Below, one piece after another: positions 42,815-52,197 of a stretch of 64,000 nucleotides of DNA. Position 1 is the first letter of the stretch. Each line of letters begins with the position of its first letter. The notes under the pieces are model-generated. The model worked only from the letters and a program-made list of their open reading frames with translations, searched no databases and was not told the DNA's origin. The stretch is from Dehalococcoidia bacterium (GTDB taxonomy: Bacteria; Chloroflexota; Dehalococcoidia; Lucifugimonadales; SAR202-VII-2). The stretch spans positions 64,178 through 128,177 of the forward strand of contig OZ253584.1 in NCBI GenBank assembly GCA_965263165.1. The letters are read 5' to 3'. The translations under genes were made by a program, and so were the position numbers.

Positions 42815-43127
42815 GCTCCACGCCTACGGAGCGCCGGGGGAGAAGAAAACGCAGTAACGCATACAATCAAACAAAGCCCCGTCCGTCTCCCAAGCAGGGT
42901 GCAGGGGGCGCGCAGCCCCCGCCGGGGGTACAGGGGGAGTCCCCCTGTACCCAAAAACGTTGGAGGGCGGGCAGGTGGGACAACGGCGCACGCCAAACCA
43001 GACCCTCCGCTGAAGGAAGGCGCAGGCCACAACAAGCCCACCCATCCCCAATCCCTGCCCCCTGCCTCGGGGGAAGCCTCTGCCACATCCCCATTACATA
43101 ATACGAACTATTGTGCTATGGTAGCCC

Positions 43128-43320
43128 ATGAAGTGGGCAGCCGGCCCGCTTCTCTTTCTCGGAGCCTGCCGCATACATATTGCACTGGAGGCTAACTACA
43201 GAGAATCCCCCTGCGGCAGGGGCGTTGAGGGAACAACCCAAGGGGCAAGACCCTCCGAGGAAGGCTGGGACCGGAGCCAGTGCCGTTATAAGGCACAGGC
43301 GGTTTGGAGCCATCCCGCTC
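43128..43320 (+). ncRNA. Putative structured RNA, copy B
   Basis: Follows TTACAT-17-TATGGT; same stems as copy A, with pairing-compatible substitutions. Confidence 0.5.
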
Positions 43321-43321
43321 C

Positions 43322-43414
43322 ATGACGGTTCCGTTACGGTTCGTTACGGAACCATTACGGTTCCTTTACAGTTCCTTTACGGTTTGTTACGCCCTATTAC
43401 GCCTTTGTTACGGC
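43322..43414. repeat. Phased TTACG array
   Basis: 9 cores at 10/11-bp spacing. Confidence 0.8.
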
Positions 43415-43919
43415 CCCACGCCTACGGGAGAAGAAAAAGCAGGCGCACAAACAATCAAAGAGTCACAAACAATCAAAGAATGAGGTTGAGGCCGGGAGAA
43501 GCTCCTCCCGTCCCTGCCCGGATGCTCGGAGGAAGGTTAGGAAGCGTCCCATCCCCCAAGCAGGGTGCAGGGGGCCCAGCCCCCGCCGGGGGTACAGCGA
43601 GTCCCCCTGTTTCCAAAAACGTTGGAGGGTGGGCCGGTGGGACAACCGCCTCCGCCACCATAAGCCCCCTCCCGTCCATGCCCGGATGCTCGGAGGAAGG
43701 TTAGGAAGCGTCCCCCGTCATGCGCTTGAATCGCAGTGCGCCCCGCACAGCTTGTTCAGAGATTCCCTAGTGTGAACAGGCCCGAAACGAGGCCCATCCC
43801 TGAGGACGGAAGCAGCCGCCGCAGTGTTTCATGGTAGAATGCCGTGAAGCGAGACCCTTACCGTCCAACCAGGCTGGCAAGGACAATGCTGCCCGCGCCT
43901 GGAGCCTCCAGCGAATGGG

Positions 43920-44696
43920 ATGCGCCTGATGGAAGAGCATTCCCCGCCCCGAGCGCCGGAATCGCTGGCGACCGCCAAGCTTCCCACGGCCCGCATCGTC
44001 CGCCGCCGCCAGTTCGCAAGAGACCTCTTCATCCTCTGGCTCGAACCCCGGGTTCCCTTCTCCTTCAAGGCCGGCCAGTATGCCACCCTGGGCTTCGACG
44101 GCGTCGAGCGCCCCTATTCCATCGCCTCGGCGCCCTCTGAACCCCTGCTCGAAATCTTCATGCGCCGCGTTGGGCCGGACCGAGGCGGCGTCCTCACGCC
44201 CCGTCTCTGGGAGCTTGGGCCGGGCGACGACGTGACGATGCGCCCGCGGGCCAAGGGGCTGTTCACCTTCGACCCGGACGCCCGAGACCACGTCATGGTG
44301 GCGACCACCACTGGCATCGCCCCGTTCGTCAGCATATTGCGCCACCACTTCCGCGACGGCCCCGGCGACAACCGCTTCTTCATCTTCGACGGCTCCAACC
44401 ACCAAGACGAGTTCATCTACGATGCGGAGCTCATAGAGTTGACCCGGCGCCATCCGCAGTCGGTCGAGTTCATCCCGGCGGTCAGCCTTCCGGAATCGGA
44501 CATCAACCGCGGGTGGACGGGGCATACCGGCCTCATCCACGAGCTGGTCAAGGAGCGCCTCAGCCTCTGGGGCTTGGAGAAGGCCCACACCCTGGTCTAC
44601 GCCTGCGGCCACCCCGGCATGATCACCGGCGTCAAGGAAGACCTCCTCCCCGAGGAATGGCGGTTCAAGGAAGAGCGCTTCTGGCGCGACCCCTAA
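43920..44696 (+). CDS. Ferredoxin--NADP reductase-like FAD/NAD(P)-binding oxidoreductase
   Basis: FKAGQY, RPYSIAS, TTGIAPF, YACGHPGMI, ERFW. Confidence 0.9.
   Translation: MRLMEEHSPPRAPESLATAKLPTARIVRRRQFARDLFILWLEPRVPFSFKAGQYATLGFDGVERPYSIASAPSEPLLEIFMRRVGPDRGGVLTPRLWELGPGDDVTMRPRAKGLFTFDPDARDHVMVATTTGIAPFVSILRHHFRDGPGDNRFFIFDGSNHQDEFIYDAELIELTRRHPQSVEFIPAVSLPESDINRGWTGHTGLIHELVKERLSLWGLEKAHTLVYACGHPGMITGVKEDLLPEEWRFKEERFWRDP
44634..44669 (+). repeat. Left copy of a 36-bp direct repeat (inside the reductase 3' end)
   Basis: 33/36 identical to 49865-49900. Confidence 0.75.
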
Positions 44697-44725
44697 ACGC
44701 CCCGCCCCGCCACAGGGAGCCGACC

Positions 44726-45271
44726 TTGCAAAGAGCTCGCTACGCCCGTTCCGCCGGTGTGAGGGCCCTTGGTTGCCTTGGCGCTGTCGCCACAGTGCTA
44801 CTCGCGTCCGTCCTGCTGACCGCGTGCTCGTCTTCCCCTAGCCCAGACATCCCGACACCGGACAGCGTCTCCACAGCGCAGGCTTCTTCAGCAGGAAGGG
44901 ACATTTTCGCCTCAAATTGTGCCGTATGTCACGGAGCCGCTGGCGAGGGTCAACCGGACTGGCATGTCAGTAAGGACGACGGCACACTGCCCCCGCCGCC
45001 GCTAAATGGCGACGGGCATACCTGGCACCATGCGGACGGCCTCTTGTACCTCACTGTAAGCCAGGGTGGAAAGATTTTTGAAGACCCCAGCATTCCGAGC
45101 TTCAAGAGTGCAATGCCTGCATTTGGAGATCGGCTCAGCCGCCAAGAGATAGTCGAAGTGCTCACGTATGTGAAGAGCCTATGGGGGGACAAGTCCAAAC
45201 GGGGAATGTCCATCCAGGAGTCGCAGGCGCTGGCTAGTGAACAAGACCCCTTCCCGTCGGATGGAACGTAG
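44726..45271 (+). CDS. Cytochrome c lipoprotein
   Basis: LLTAC lipobox, CAVCH heme motif, PPLNGDGHTWHH, MPAF; TTG start after AGGGAG. Confidence 0.85.
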   Translation: MQRARYARSAGVRALGCLGAVATVLLASVLLTACSSSPSPDIPTPDSVSTAQASSAGRDIFASNCAVCHGAAGEGQPDWHVSKDDGTLPPPPLNGDGHTWHHADGLLYLTVSQGGKIFEDPSIPSFKSAMPAFGDRLSRQEIVEVLTYVKSLWGDKSKRGMSIQESQALASEQDPFPSDGT

Positions 45272-45422
45272 ATGCTAGCCAGGAGCCTCGGGTGATTCGA
45301 CTCGGTCTGCAGATCCTCATGCCCGCACACCCTGTTCCCGTGCTTGTCAGACCAACATGACGGGTGGTACAACTATCGGGAGCCATCCTGTGCCAGACAC
45401 AACGCAAGCGGAGGGTTTGACA

Positions 45423-46832
45423 GTGCGCAAACTAGTCGCGGCAATAGTGATCATCGCTCTTGTCCTGCTCGGTGCTGCCTGCCGGGGAGATGCGGGGCCT
45501 GCCGGGGAACAAGGGCCGCCCGGGCCTCAGGGCCCGGCGGGTGCTCCCGGACCGGCCGGGCCTACCGGTCCCGCGGGGGACATCGCCTCTCTGGATCAGG
45601 CCACCATTGCCACGGTCATTGAGCAGCTGCAAGAACTGTCGGAGGCGAGGATCGCCGCCGCCAAACCGCCGGCGCCGGCGCCCCCCAAGTGGGAGCCCGC
45701 CGAGTACACCCGGTACTTCGTCAAAGCGGCCATCAGCAAGTACCAGTCGGAAGGTCTCGATGCCACCGTCGCCTACTACAACACCAGCGAGAGCATTGAC
45801 GGCCAGTGGTACGTCTTCATCGTCGACCAAGCCGACATGGTGCTCGCCCACGCCGCCAACCCCGACCTCGTCGGCCAGCCCACCTCCGCAGCCGTCGGGC
45901 CCAACAACTATCCCGCTGGAGAAGCCGTGGTCGCCGTTGCCGACGAGGACGGCGAATGGCTCAGCTACACCTTCATCAATCCCGCCACTGGCGTCGCCGA
46001 GACCAAACATTCCTGGGTGATTGAGTACGACGGCCTGACCTTTGGATCAGGCTGGTATGAGCGCGCGCCTGGCAAGTCAGACGCCCCCGCTTACACCAGG
46101 GCTCTCGTAGGGCGGGCTATAGACCTGTATAACGCCATCGGCCGCGAGGACGCGGTGGCCTACTACAACACTACGGAGAGTGTGGACGGCCAGTGGTACG
46201 TCTTCATCGTCGACCAAGCCGACATGGTGCTCGCCCACGCCGCCAACCCCGACCTCGTCGGCCAGCCCACCTCCGCAGCCGTCGGGCCCAACAACTATCC
46301 CGCTGGAGAAGCCGTGGTCGCCGTTGCCGACGAGGACGGCGAATGGCTCAGCTACACCTTCATCAATCCCGCCACTGGCGTCGCCGAGACCAAACATTCC
46401 TGGGTGGTTGAGTACGACGGCCTGACCTTTGGATCAGGCTGGTATGAGCGCGCGCCTGGCAAGTCAGACACCCCCGCTTACACCAGGGCTCTCGTAGGGC
46501 AGGCTATCGACCTGTATAACGCCATCGGCCGCCAGGACGCAGTGGCCTACTACAACACCAGGGAGAGTGTGGACGGTCAGTGGTACGTCTTCATCGTCGA
46601 CGAGAGCGGCTACACCATAGCCCACCATAATCCGATGTTTCGAGGTCGGGAGCCCAGCCTCCGCGTCGACGCCGCGGGGTACTTCTACGGCGACGACTTG
46701 CTGGGCGCCACCGAGTCGGGACGCTGGGTCGACTACGTGCTGCTGAACCCGGAAACGGGTGATGACCGGCAGAAGCATACCTGGGCAGTGCGCCATGACG
46801 GGTTGATCTTCGCCTCGGGGTGGTACGAATAG
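45423..46832 (+). CDS. Lipoprotein with a collagen-like segment and three Cache-like domains
   Basis: LGAAC lipobox, G-X-Y repeats, three WYVFIVD...KH(S/T)W...GWYE units with a 387-bp period. Confidence 0.8.
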   Translation: MRKLVAAIVIIALVLLGAACRGDAGPAGEQGPPGPQGPAGAPGPAGPTGPAGDIASLDQATIATVIEQLQELSEARIAAAKPPAPAPPKWEPAEYTRYFVKAAISKYQSEGLDATVAYYNTSESIDGQWYVFIVDQADMVLAHAANPDLVGQPTSAAVGPNNYPAGEAVVAVADEDGEWLSYTFINPATGVAETKHSWVIEYDGLTFGSGWYERAPGKSDAPAYTRALVGRAIDLYNAIGREDAVAYYNTTESVDGQWYVFIVDQADMVLAHAANPDLVGQPTSAAVGPNNYPAGEAVVAVADEDGEWLSYTFINPATGVAETKHSWVVEYDGLTFGSGWYERAPGKSDTPAYTRALVGQAIDLYNAIGRQDAVAYYNTRESVDGQWYVFIVDESGYTIAHHNPMFRGREPSLRVDAAGYFYGDDLLGATESGRWVDYVLLNPETGDDRQKHTWAVRHDGLIFASGWYE

Positions 46833-47504
46833 CCGCAAACCGCCTTGTCGCCTGCTGTCCCTAGGGTCTGGACGTTGATGAGGCTCGACGGCCTTATGAA
46901 AGGGCTGCGCGCCGTCAGCCGGGAAATCAAGGGTGGAGCGAAGTTTGGCTGACCTGCCCCCATTCGTTGTGCCAGCTGTTGTGTTACTCCAACGAGCATC
47001 GGGATAGGTGCTAGAGGCAGGATGCTACGGGAAATTGCTCGTCGAGCACTTCGATTGGGGCGAAAGGCACGGTGGACTCGAACCGCCGAGAAGCAGTCCA
47101 TGAAGCCGCAGAAACCCGCGTGCACAGGATAGTGGGCCTACACGTACTGAATCGCGAACTTTTGAGCGGACGTGACGCTCTGGGGTGTCCTATTCCCGAG
47201 TAGCTGCGACAGGTGGCGGCCTTCTGTAAAATGGAGTTCCAGCGGCAAATCCTGCTGTTTGACGACGCACGAGCACCGCTCGTTGCCCGGTGGTACAGCC
47301 TGCCAACTCCCCCCGAACCTACGCCTGAGCGCCACCTGCACGCCTCCAAGCCCGAAGAACTAATGAACTTCGGCTTCTCCTAGGTCGGTAGCCTCTCCGA
47401 CACGAAGACCAGTCTGGCTGCAAGGTCACGATATGGTCGTGATGCGCAGCCCGACGTGTCGGCAGATCCTGGCCGTAGGACGGGCTCTAGCAGGGTAGTT
47501 TGCT

Positions 47505-48158
47505 TCAGGGCTTTGTAAGGCCTCGCTCCGCCATCTGCGACTCAAGGAACTGGCGGCCCGCGGAGGCGAACTCTCCCTCTGCAGCTGTCGCCGCGTCGAT
47601 GTCAAGCCAGAGTGACTGCAACAGAGCCGGTTCGCTCGCCGCTCGCTCCACAAGATCCAGCAGCCAATGTAGGCGCATGAGAGTCTCGCCCCGCGCGAAG
47701 AGTAAGTCCTTCCGATTCAGATCCAAGCGAGTAATCGTCGCCCGGGCACGTGCGCCGCCGCGTGGCAGTGCGAGCGGGCCGCCAAAGGCTACTTCCTCCT
47801 CGACGTCATCTACGTAAGGGTCGAGTAGTCGGCATTCTCGTATGTCGTAGTCTCCCTTGTTCGTGTTGCACTTAGGGCAGGCGATAGTTAAGTTCTCCCA
47901 GTCACAGACCAACTTCGGGTGCTTCCTCTTCGGTAGCTTGTGTTCGATGTGCGTATAGGCGACATCGCTGATTCGTCCCTCGCAATATGCGCACTTCGAA
48001 GCCGTCTCTGCCTCGAGCGCTGAACGGATCTCCGGGTGAGCGTAGCGGAGCGGAGCCGTCCCTATGGGGTTCACGCACCAGTTCACGTACTCAGCAGTCC
48101 ACGCCTCGCCGTTCTCTACGAGAACTTGAGGCCGCGATCCATGGCTCAGGCGGATCAC
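47505..48158 (-). CDS. HNH endonuclease (PtuB/Septu-like)
   Basis: KCAYCE, HIEHKLPK, WENLTIACPKCN, LLDPYVDD; overlaps the ATPase stop. Confidence 0.8.
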   Translation of the reverse strand: MIRLSHGSRPQVLVENGEAWTAEYVNWCVNPIGTAPLRYAHPEIRSALEAETASKCAYCEGRISDVAYTHIEHKLPKRKHPKLVCDWENLTIACPKCNTNKGDYDIRECRLLDPYVDDVEEEVAFGGPLALPRGGARARATITRLDLNRKDLLFARGETLMRLHWLLDLVERAASEPALLQSLWLDIDAATAAEGEFASAGRQFLESQMAERGLTKP

Positions 48159-49414
48159 ACTATGCCGCCCTTGCCTGTGTCATTGGCCGGCAGAAGTCGG
48201 TCTATGACCTTTGGGAACAGGTCACCCAGGCCGATTGAGTTGAGCTGCATTCTAAGTGTGGAGAGCAACTCCGTGGTGAGCTCTTTTTCCCCGACGGAGG
48301 CAACAATCTTATCGACTTCGTCCTCCACCCAGAGGGGAACGGGAAACGGCACCCCGAGAACGTCTGTAAGGATCTGATTTGCGGTAGCGGACCGGTCGAC
48401 ATCAGCGAGCTTTGTGGACTTCACGCGACCGTCTACGAAGTCGAGGACTACGACGTTCGAATCCCGGACCGATGTCACCACAAACGGGTTGTGTGTAGCA
48501 ACGATGAATTGCGCTTTAGGAAACGCGGCAAGGAGTCCAGGAAGCACGGAACGTTGGAGGCGTGGATGGAGGTGGTTTTCAGGCTCGTCCATCAGAACGG
48601 TGAAGGTCGCATCCGAGCGAGACCGCATGTAGATCTGCCAAGCGACGTCCACAAGTGCGGCGATGCCACCCGACGCTGCGTCCAGCGAGAAGTCACCGGT
48701 TCCCGTCTCCAGGATCACCTCTGGCATTTGCATCGCGATCCGTCGGAAGTCGAGGTCAGCGGGGAGCACACGGCGGAGGACTTCAGAGAAGCCCTCGAAC
48801 GTCTCGCGCGCCTCGTCGTTCGGTGTAACGACTTGGTTTCCATAGCCGAACATTGCCAGCGAGATCAGCGCCGCCTTTAGTCGGTAGCTGGGGGACTGAA
48901 TCTGGGCTTTGGGTTGGTAGAACTGGCGAAGATTGTCCAGGTACTGTCTAAACAGTTGATCACCTGCCTTAACGTCGGTAGGGATCTCGGTCACCCTTTG
49001 ATAGGAGTAGACCGGGCGGTGCGAGGTGATGTAGACGCCGGGCACTGCCTGTGAGTCACGGATTGCGATCTGGAAGGTGGCACCTTCCGTGGGTGACTGG
49101 AGGGCCGCGACGGCTCCGTCGTCGTAGGTGAGTTTCCCCACATCGAGGTTCCCGTCGTCGACGTCACTGATGACTCCGGAGAAGTACCTTAGAGCTCCCC
49201 GGCGGTCGATTCGGAGAGTGCCTATGAAGGTCGGTGTCCACCCGAAGTGCTGACTCAAAATGCTGAGAAGCGTTGTTTTGCCAGAGCCATTCGCGCCGGT
49301 GATGATCGTCGCCTGAGGGTGAAATTCAATCTGAACCGAGCCGAACTGGCGCCAACCTGCGATCTCAAGCGCCTGAAACTTAGTCATCTTTGGCCTCTCT
49401 GGGCTTTCTGTCAC
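48155..49414 (-). CDS. AAA/ABC-type ATPase (PtuA/Septu-like)
   Basis: Walker A GANGSGKTT, ASGG signature, LMDEPENHLHP, ATHNP. Confidence 0.82.
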   Translation of the reverse strand: MTESPERPKMTKFQALEIAGWRQFGSVQIEFHPQATIITGANGSGKTTLLSILSQHFGWTPTFIGTLRIDRRGALRYFSGVISDVDDGNLDVGKLTYDDGAVAALQSPTEGATFQIAIRDSQAVPGVYITSHRPVYSYQRVTEIPTDVKAGDQLFRQYLDNLRQFYQPKAQIQSPSYRLKAALISLAMFGYGNQVVTPNDEARETFEGFSEVLRRVLPADLDFRRIAMQMPEVILETGTGDFSLDAASGGIAALVDVAWQIYMRSRSDATFTVLMDEPENHLHPRLQRSVLPGLLAAFPKAQFIVATHNPFVVTSVRDSNVVVLDFVDGRVKSTKLADVDRSATANQILTDVLGVPFPVPLWVEDEVDKIVASVGEKELTTELLSTLRMQLNSIGLGDLFPKVIDRLLPANDTGKGGIV

Positions 49415-49864
49415 TACCCCGACGCCACTCGCACCGAGACGAACGTGGGTATACGAAGGGCGAGAATCTCAGTGCCATGCCCGTGCGGCTATTGTATCCC
49501 CCAGCCCTGTACCACGTCGAACTATGTGGCAAGTCAGGCTTATGACTCATTCCAATTCAGCAAGGACATTCCTTGGTGTCAATTCAGACTCAACGGCGTT
49601 GCCCAATGGGATGGATGTCCCGATGTGCCTCATTGTACCCTCGTGACAAGTTCGAGTCCTTCTGGCCCACCTACATCTTCATCGAGCCACGCGCTGGCTA
49701 TTGGATGCCGCAGGGGCAGAAGTCGCGACCGCGTCGTACTGACCTTTCTCGTTAGGCCTTCAACCCCCCCACCCACCAGCACCCCAGCTTCCGGTGTCTA
49801 TTGTGTACCGCCAACCCTCCCTGACTCGTCCCTCTGTAACCGAAATGAGGCGACGACGAGCCGA

Positions 49865-49900
49865 AAGGAAGACCTCCTCCCCGGGGGATGGCGGCTCAAG
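49865..49900 (+). repeat. Right copy of the 36-bp direct repeat
   Basis: AAGGAAGACCTCCTCCCCGGGGGATGGCGGCTCAAG, 33/36 identical to 44634-44669. Confidence 0.75.
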
Positions 49901-50179
49901 TCGCCGTCCCCTACTCACCTCGCGAGTATGACGGTATCGGAGTCGCCCCAGCAGGCGACGGAGCCGTCCACCCTCACCCCGCAGTTTTAGGAGCGTATCG
50001 GAAAGCCGGCATCTTGTTGCGTCGCATCATCCCAGGAAACCTCTGACCAAGCCGCCCCCCGCCACACCGCGCCCCACCCCGGAGGCGGCTCTGTCCCTGC
50101 CCCCGGACCCGGGGCAGGTTAGGAAGCGTTCCTGTCTCCCCCCTCTTGCAAAATAAGAACGATTGTGCTATGATATGGC

Positions 50180-50380
50180 CATGATGCTAAAGTATCCCCA
50201 GGAAGCGGGCCGGCGGCCCGCTCCTCTTCCTTGGAGCCTGCCGCATACGTCTGTACTGGGGGAGTCCAGAGAGAATCCCCCTGTGGCAGCGTCTGGGGGA
50301 TGTTCCCCAGACGCACAACCGTCCGAGGAAGGGTGGGACCAGAGCGAATGCTGTTTCGAGACAAGCTCTTTGGAGCCATA
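50180..50380 (+). ncRNA. Putative structured RNA, copy C (diverged)
   Basis: Follows TTGCAA-17-TATGAT; keeps GGAGCCTGCCGCATAC, GAGAATCCCCCTGTGGCAG and CCGAGGAAGG. Confidence 0.5.
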
Positions 50381-50470
50381 CGGCTCCGCCACGGTTCATT
50401 ACGGTATCGCTACGACTTCACTACGGCTCATCACAGCTCTCTTACGGCTTTGTTATGCCTCTGTTACGGC
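50380..50470. repeat. Phased degenerate TACGG array
   Basis: 9 cores at 10/11-bp spacing. Confidence 0.65.
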
Positions 50471-50621
50471 TCCGTGCCTGGAAACCTCGAAATCCGGCTG
50501 ATACGCGTAACGAATATACAATCAAAGGGGGCGCCTCTCTCTCTCGGGGGAATCCCCTGTCCCTCCACAGCGACCGCCGCGCCAGTTTCAGCACATCGGT
50601 GTAACATAGCTCGTAGTTCAA

Positions 50622-52172
50622 TTGGCAGAGGTAGGTCGCGTGACGAATCGCATATTCCGGCTGACGTTCTTGGCGGCGGCCGTGGCTGTCCTAGTCATAG
50701 GCTGCAACGACGCGACGGCGGAGCCCAGCGTGGAGGCCACAACCGCGGAGGCTGCGGCTACCGTTCCGCCCCCGTCGTCAACGGCGGCGGCGTCTCCCGA
50801 GCCCACGCCTACTCCAGAGCCGTTCGCCTACGACCCCAACAAGAACATGTTCCTCCTGATGTCGAGCGCAGGTCATCCTCTGGAGTACACGTTGGCGGCG
50901 CTGACGAGGGCGCAGGAGGAGAGAGACGCCTCCCAGGTGCCTGTGATCCTGGAGGCTATGCAGTTCTTCCCCCGCGACTTGGCGGAATTCGGCATAGAGA
51001 CCCTCGCCGCCCTGACCGGCGAGGACTTCGGTCTGGACCGGCACATGTGGTGGGAGTGGATCGGCCCAAGGCTTGACGAATACGCGCCACCCTCCGGTTA
51101 CGCCCTGTGGAAGGTCAACCTTCTCAGCCTGATAGACCCGGCGATGGGCAAGCTCATGGAGCCGGCCATCGAAGGAGGCTCCAGGGCCAACCTTGTCGAG
51201 ATCGTATGGGGAGGCGTGCGGGTCGACGGCATTCCGCCCCTGGAGCAACCGTTGCACGTGAAGCCCGAGATGGCGGGATATCTGGAGCCCGACGACAGGG
51301 TGTTCGGCGTGTCGATCAATGGCGAGCACAGGGCGTACCCGCTGCGGATACTGAATGCGCACGAGCTAGCCAACGACGAACTGGGAGGCGAGCCCATCTC
51401 GCTTGTCTACTGAACGCTCTGCGGCTCCGGAATCGTGTATTCCGGCATCGTAAATGGACAGAGCACCACGTTCGGGACTTCGGGGCTGCTGTACCGCAGC
51501 AACAAGGTGATGTACGACCGCGCCACCCGGTCGCTGTGGCATCAGTTCACCGGGGAGCCCATCATCGGGCCGCTCGCCTATTCCGGCATCAAGCAGCCTT
51601 TCTTCTCGGCCGTCGTCGCGACGTGGGAGGAGTGGCTCGCAGAGCACCCTGACACGACCGTCTTGGCCAATCAGACCGGCGTCTACCAGCCGGAGTTCTA
51701 TGTGCCCGAGGACGACCCGCGGGCCATCTACTACGACTACTTCTCGACGGACGAGATAAGGTTCCCGGTCTGGTTCCGCGACCCCGTGATAGAGCCCAGG
51801 AAGGTGGTCGTCGGGCTCGCCGTGGGCGACGGGAAGAAGGCATACACGGTCGATGACCTGCGCGAGGCCCGGGTAGTCAACGACACGGTGGGAGGCGTCG
51901 ATGTCGTCATCGCGGCATCAGGCGAGTCGCGCTCCGCCCGCGCCTACGAAAGGCACGGGGAGACGTTCTCGCTGGAGGACGGCCAAGATTCTGAGGCCGC
52001 GCCCCGGTCCCTGGTGGACTCCGCCGGCGCCAGGTGGCAGGTCACCGCGGAGGCGCTGGTCAGGGAGGACGACCCCTCCATGACGCTGTCGCGCATCCCG
52101 ACGCAGACCTCGTTCTGGTTCGGATGGTACCAGTACAACCCCGACACCGAGATATACCAGCCGAACGGCTAG
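50622..52172 (+). CDS. DUF3179 family selenoprotein (in-frame UGA read as Sec), probable lipoprotein
   Basis: Two in-frame ORFs joined by TGA 51411-51413, giving LVY-U-TLCGSG; DGIP, RAYPLRIL, FGTSGLLYRSN, YDRAT.SLW, FWFGW motifs. Confidence 0.85.
51427..51445 (+). promoter_or_regulatory. Putative bacterial SECIS hairpin
   Basis: CCGGAAT-CGTGT-ATTCCGG starting 13 nt after the UGA. Confidence 0.65.
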
Positions 52173-52197
52173 CCCCTATCCGCCGCCACCCCAACGC

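Larger units (their letters stand above)
42155..43720. repeat. Cluster of tandem composite repeats (REP-like hairpins plus two RNA-like modules)
   Basis: Recurring GCAGGCCACAACAA, GGGTGCAGGGG...GGGGGTACAG...GGTGGGACAAC and GAAGGTTAGGAAG blocks; unit spacing about 600 bp. Confidence 0.8.

Noticed and set aside
42246-43195. Long ORFs across the repeat cluster, including a heptad-like LQ.RY peptide
   Set aside because: They are by-products of GC-rich repeats; frames are not conserved among the three modules.
47065-47125. tRNA-like T-arm on the minus strand (GGCGGTTCGAGTCCACC)
   Set aside because: Too short for a cloverleaf, with no D-arm and mismatched stems; at most a decayed remnant.
49646-49672. 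tRNA 3'-end-like att remnant (GTTCGAGTCCTTCTGGCCCACC)
   Set aside because: The T-stem does not pair and no matching tRNA is present in the window.
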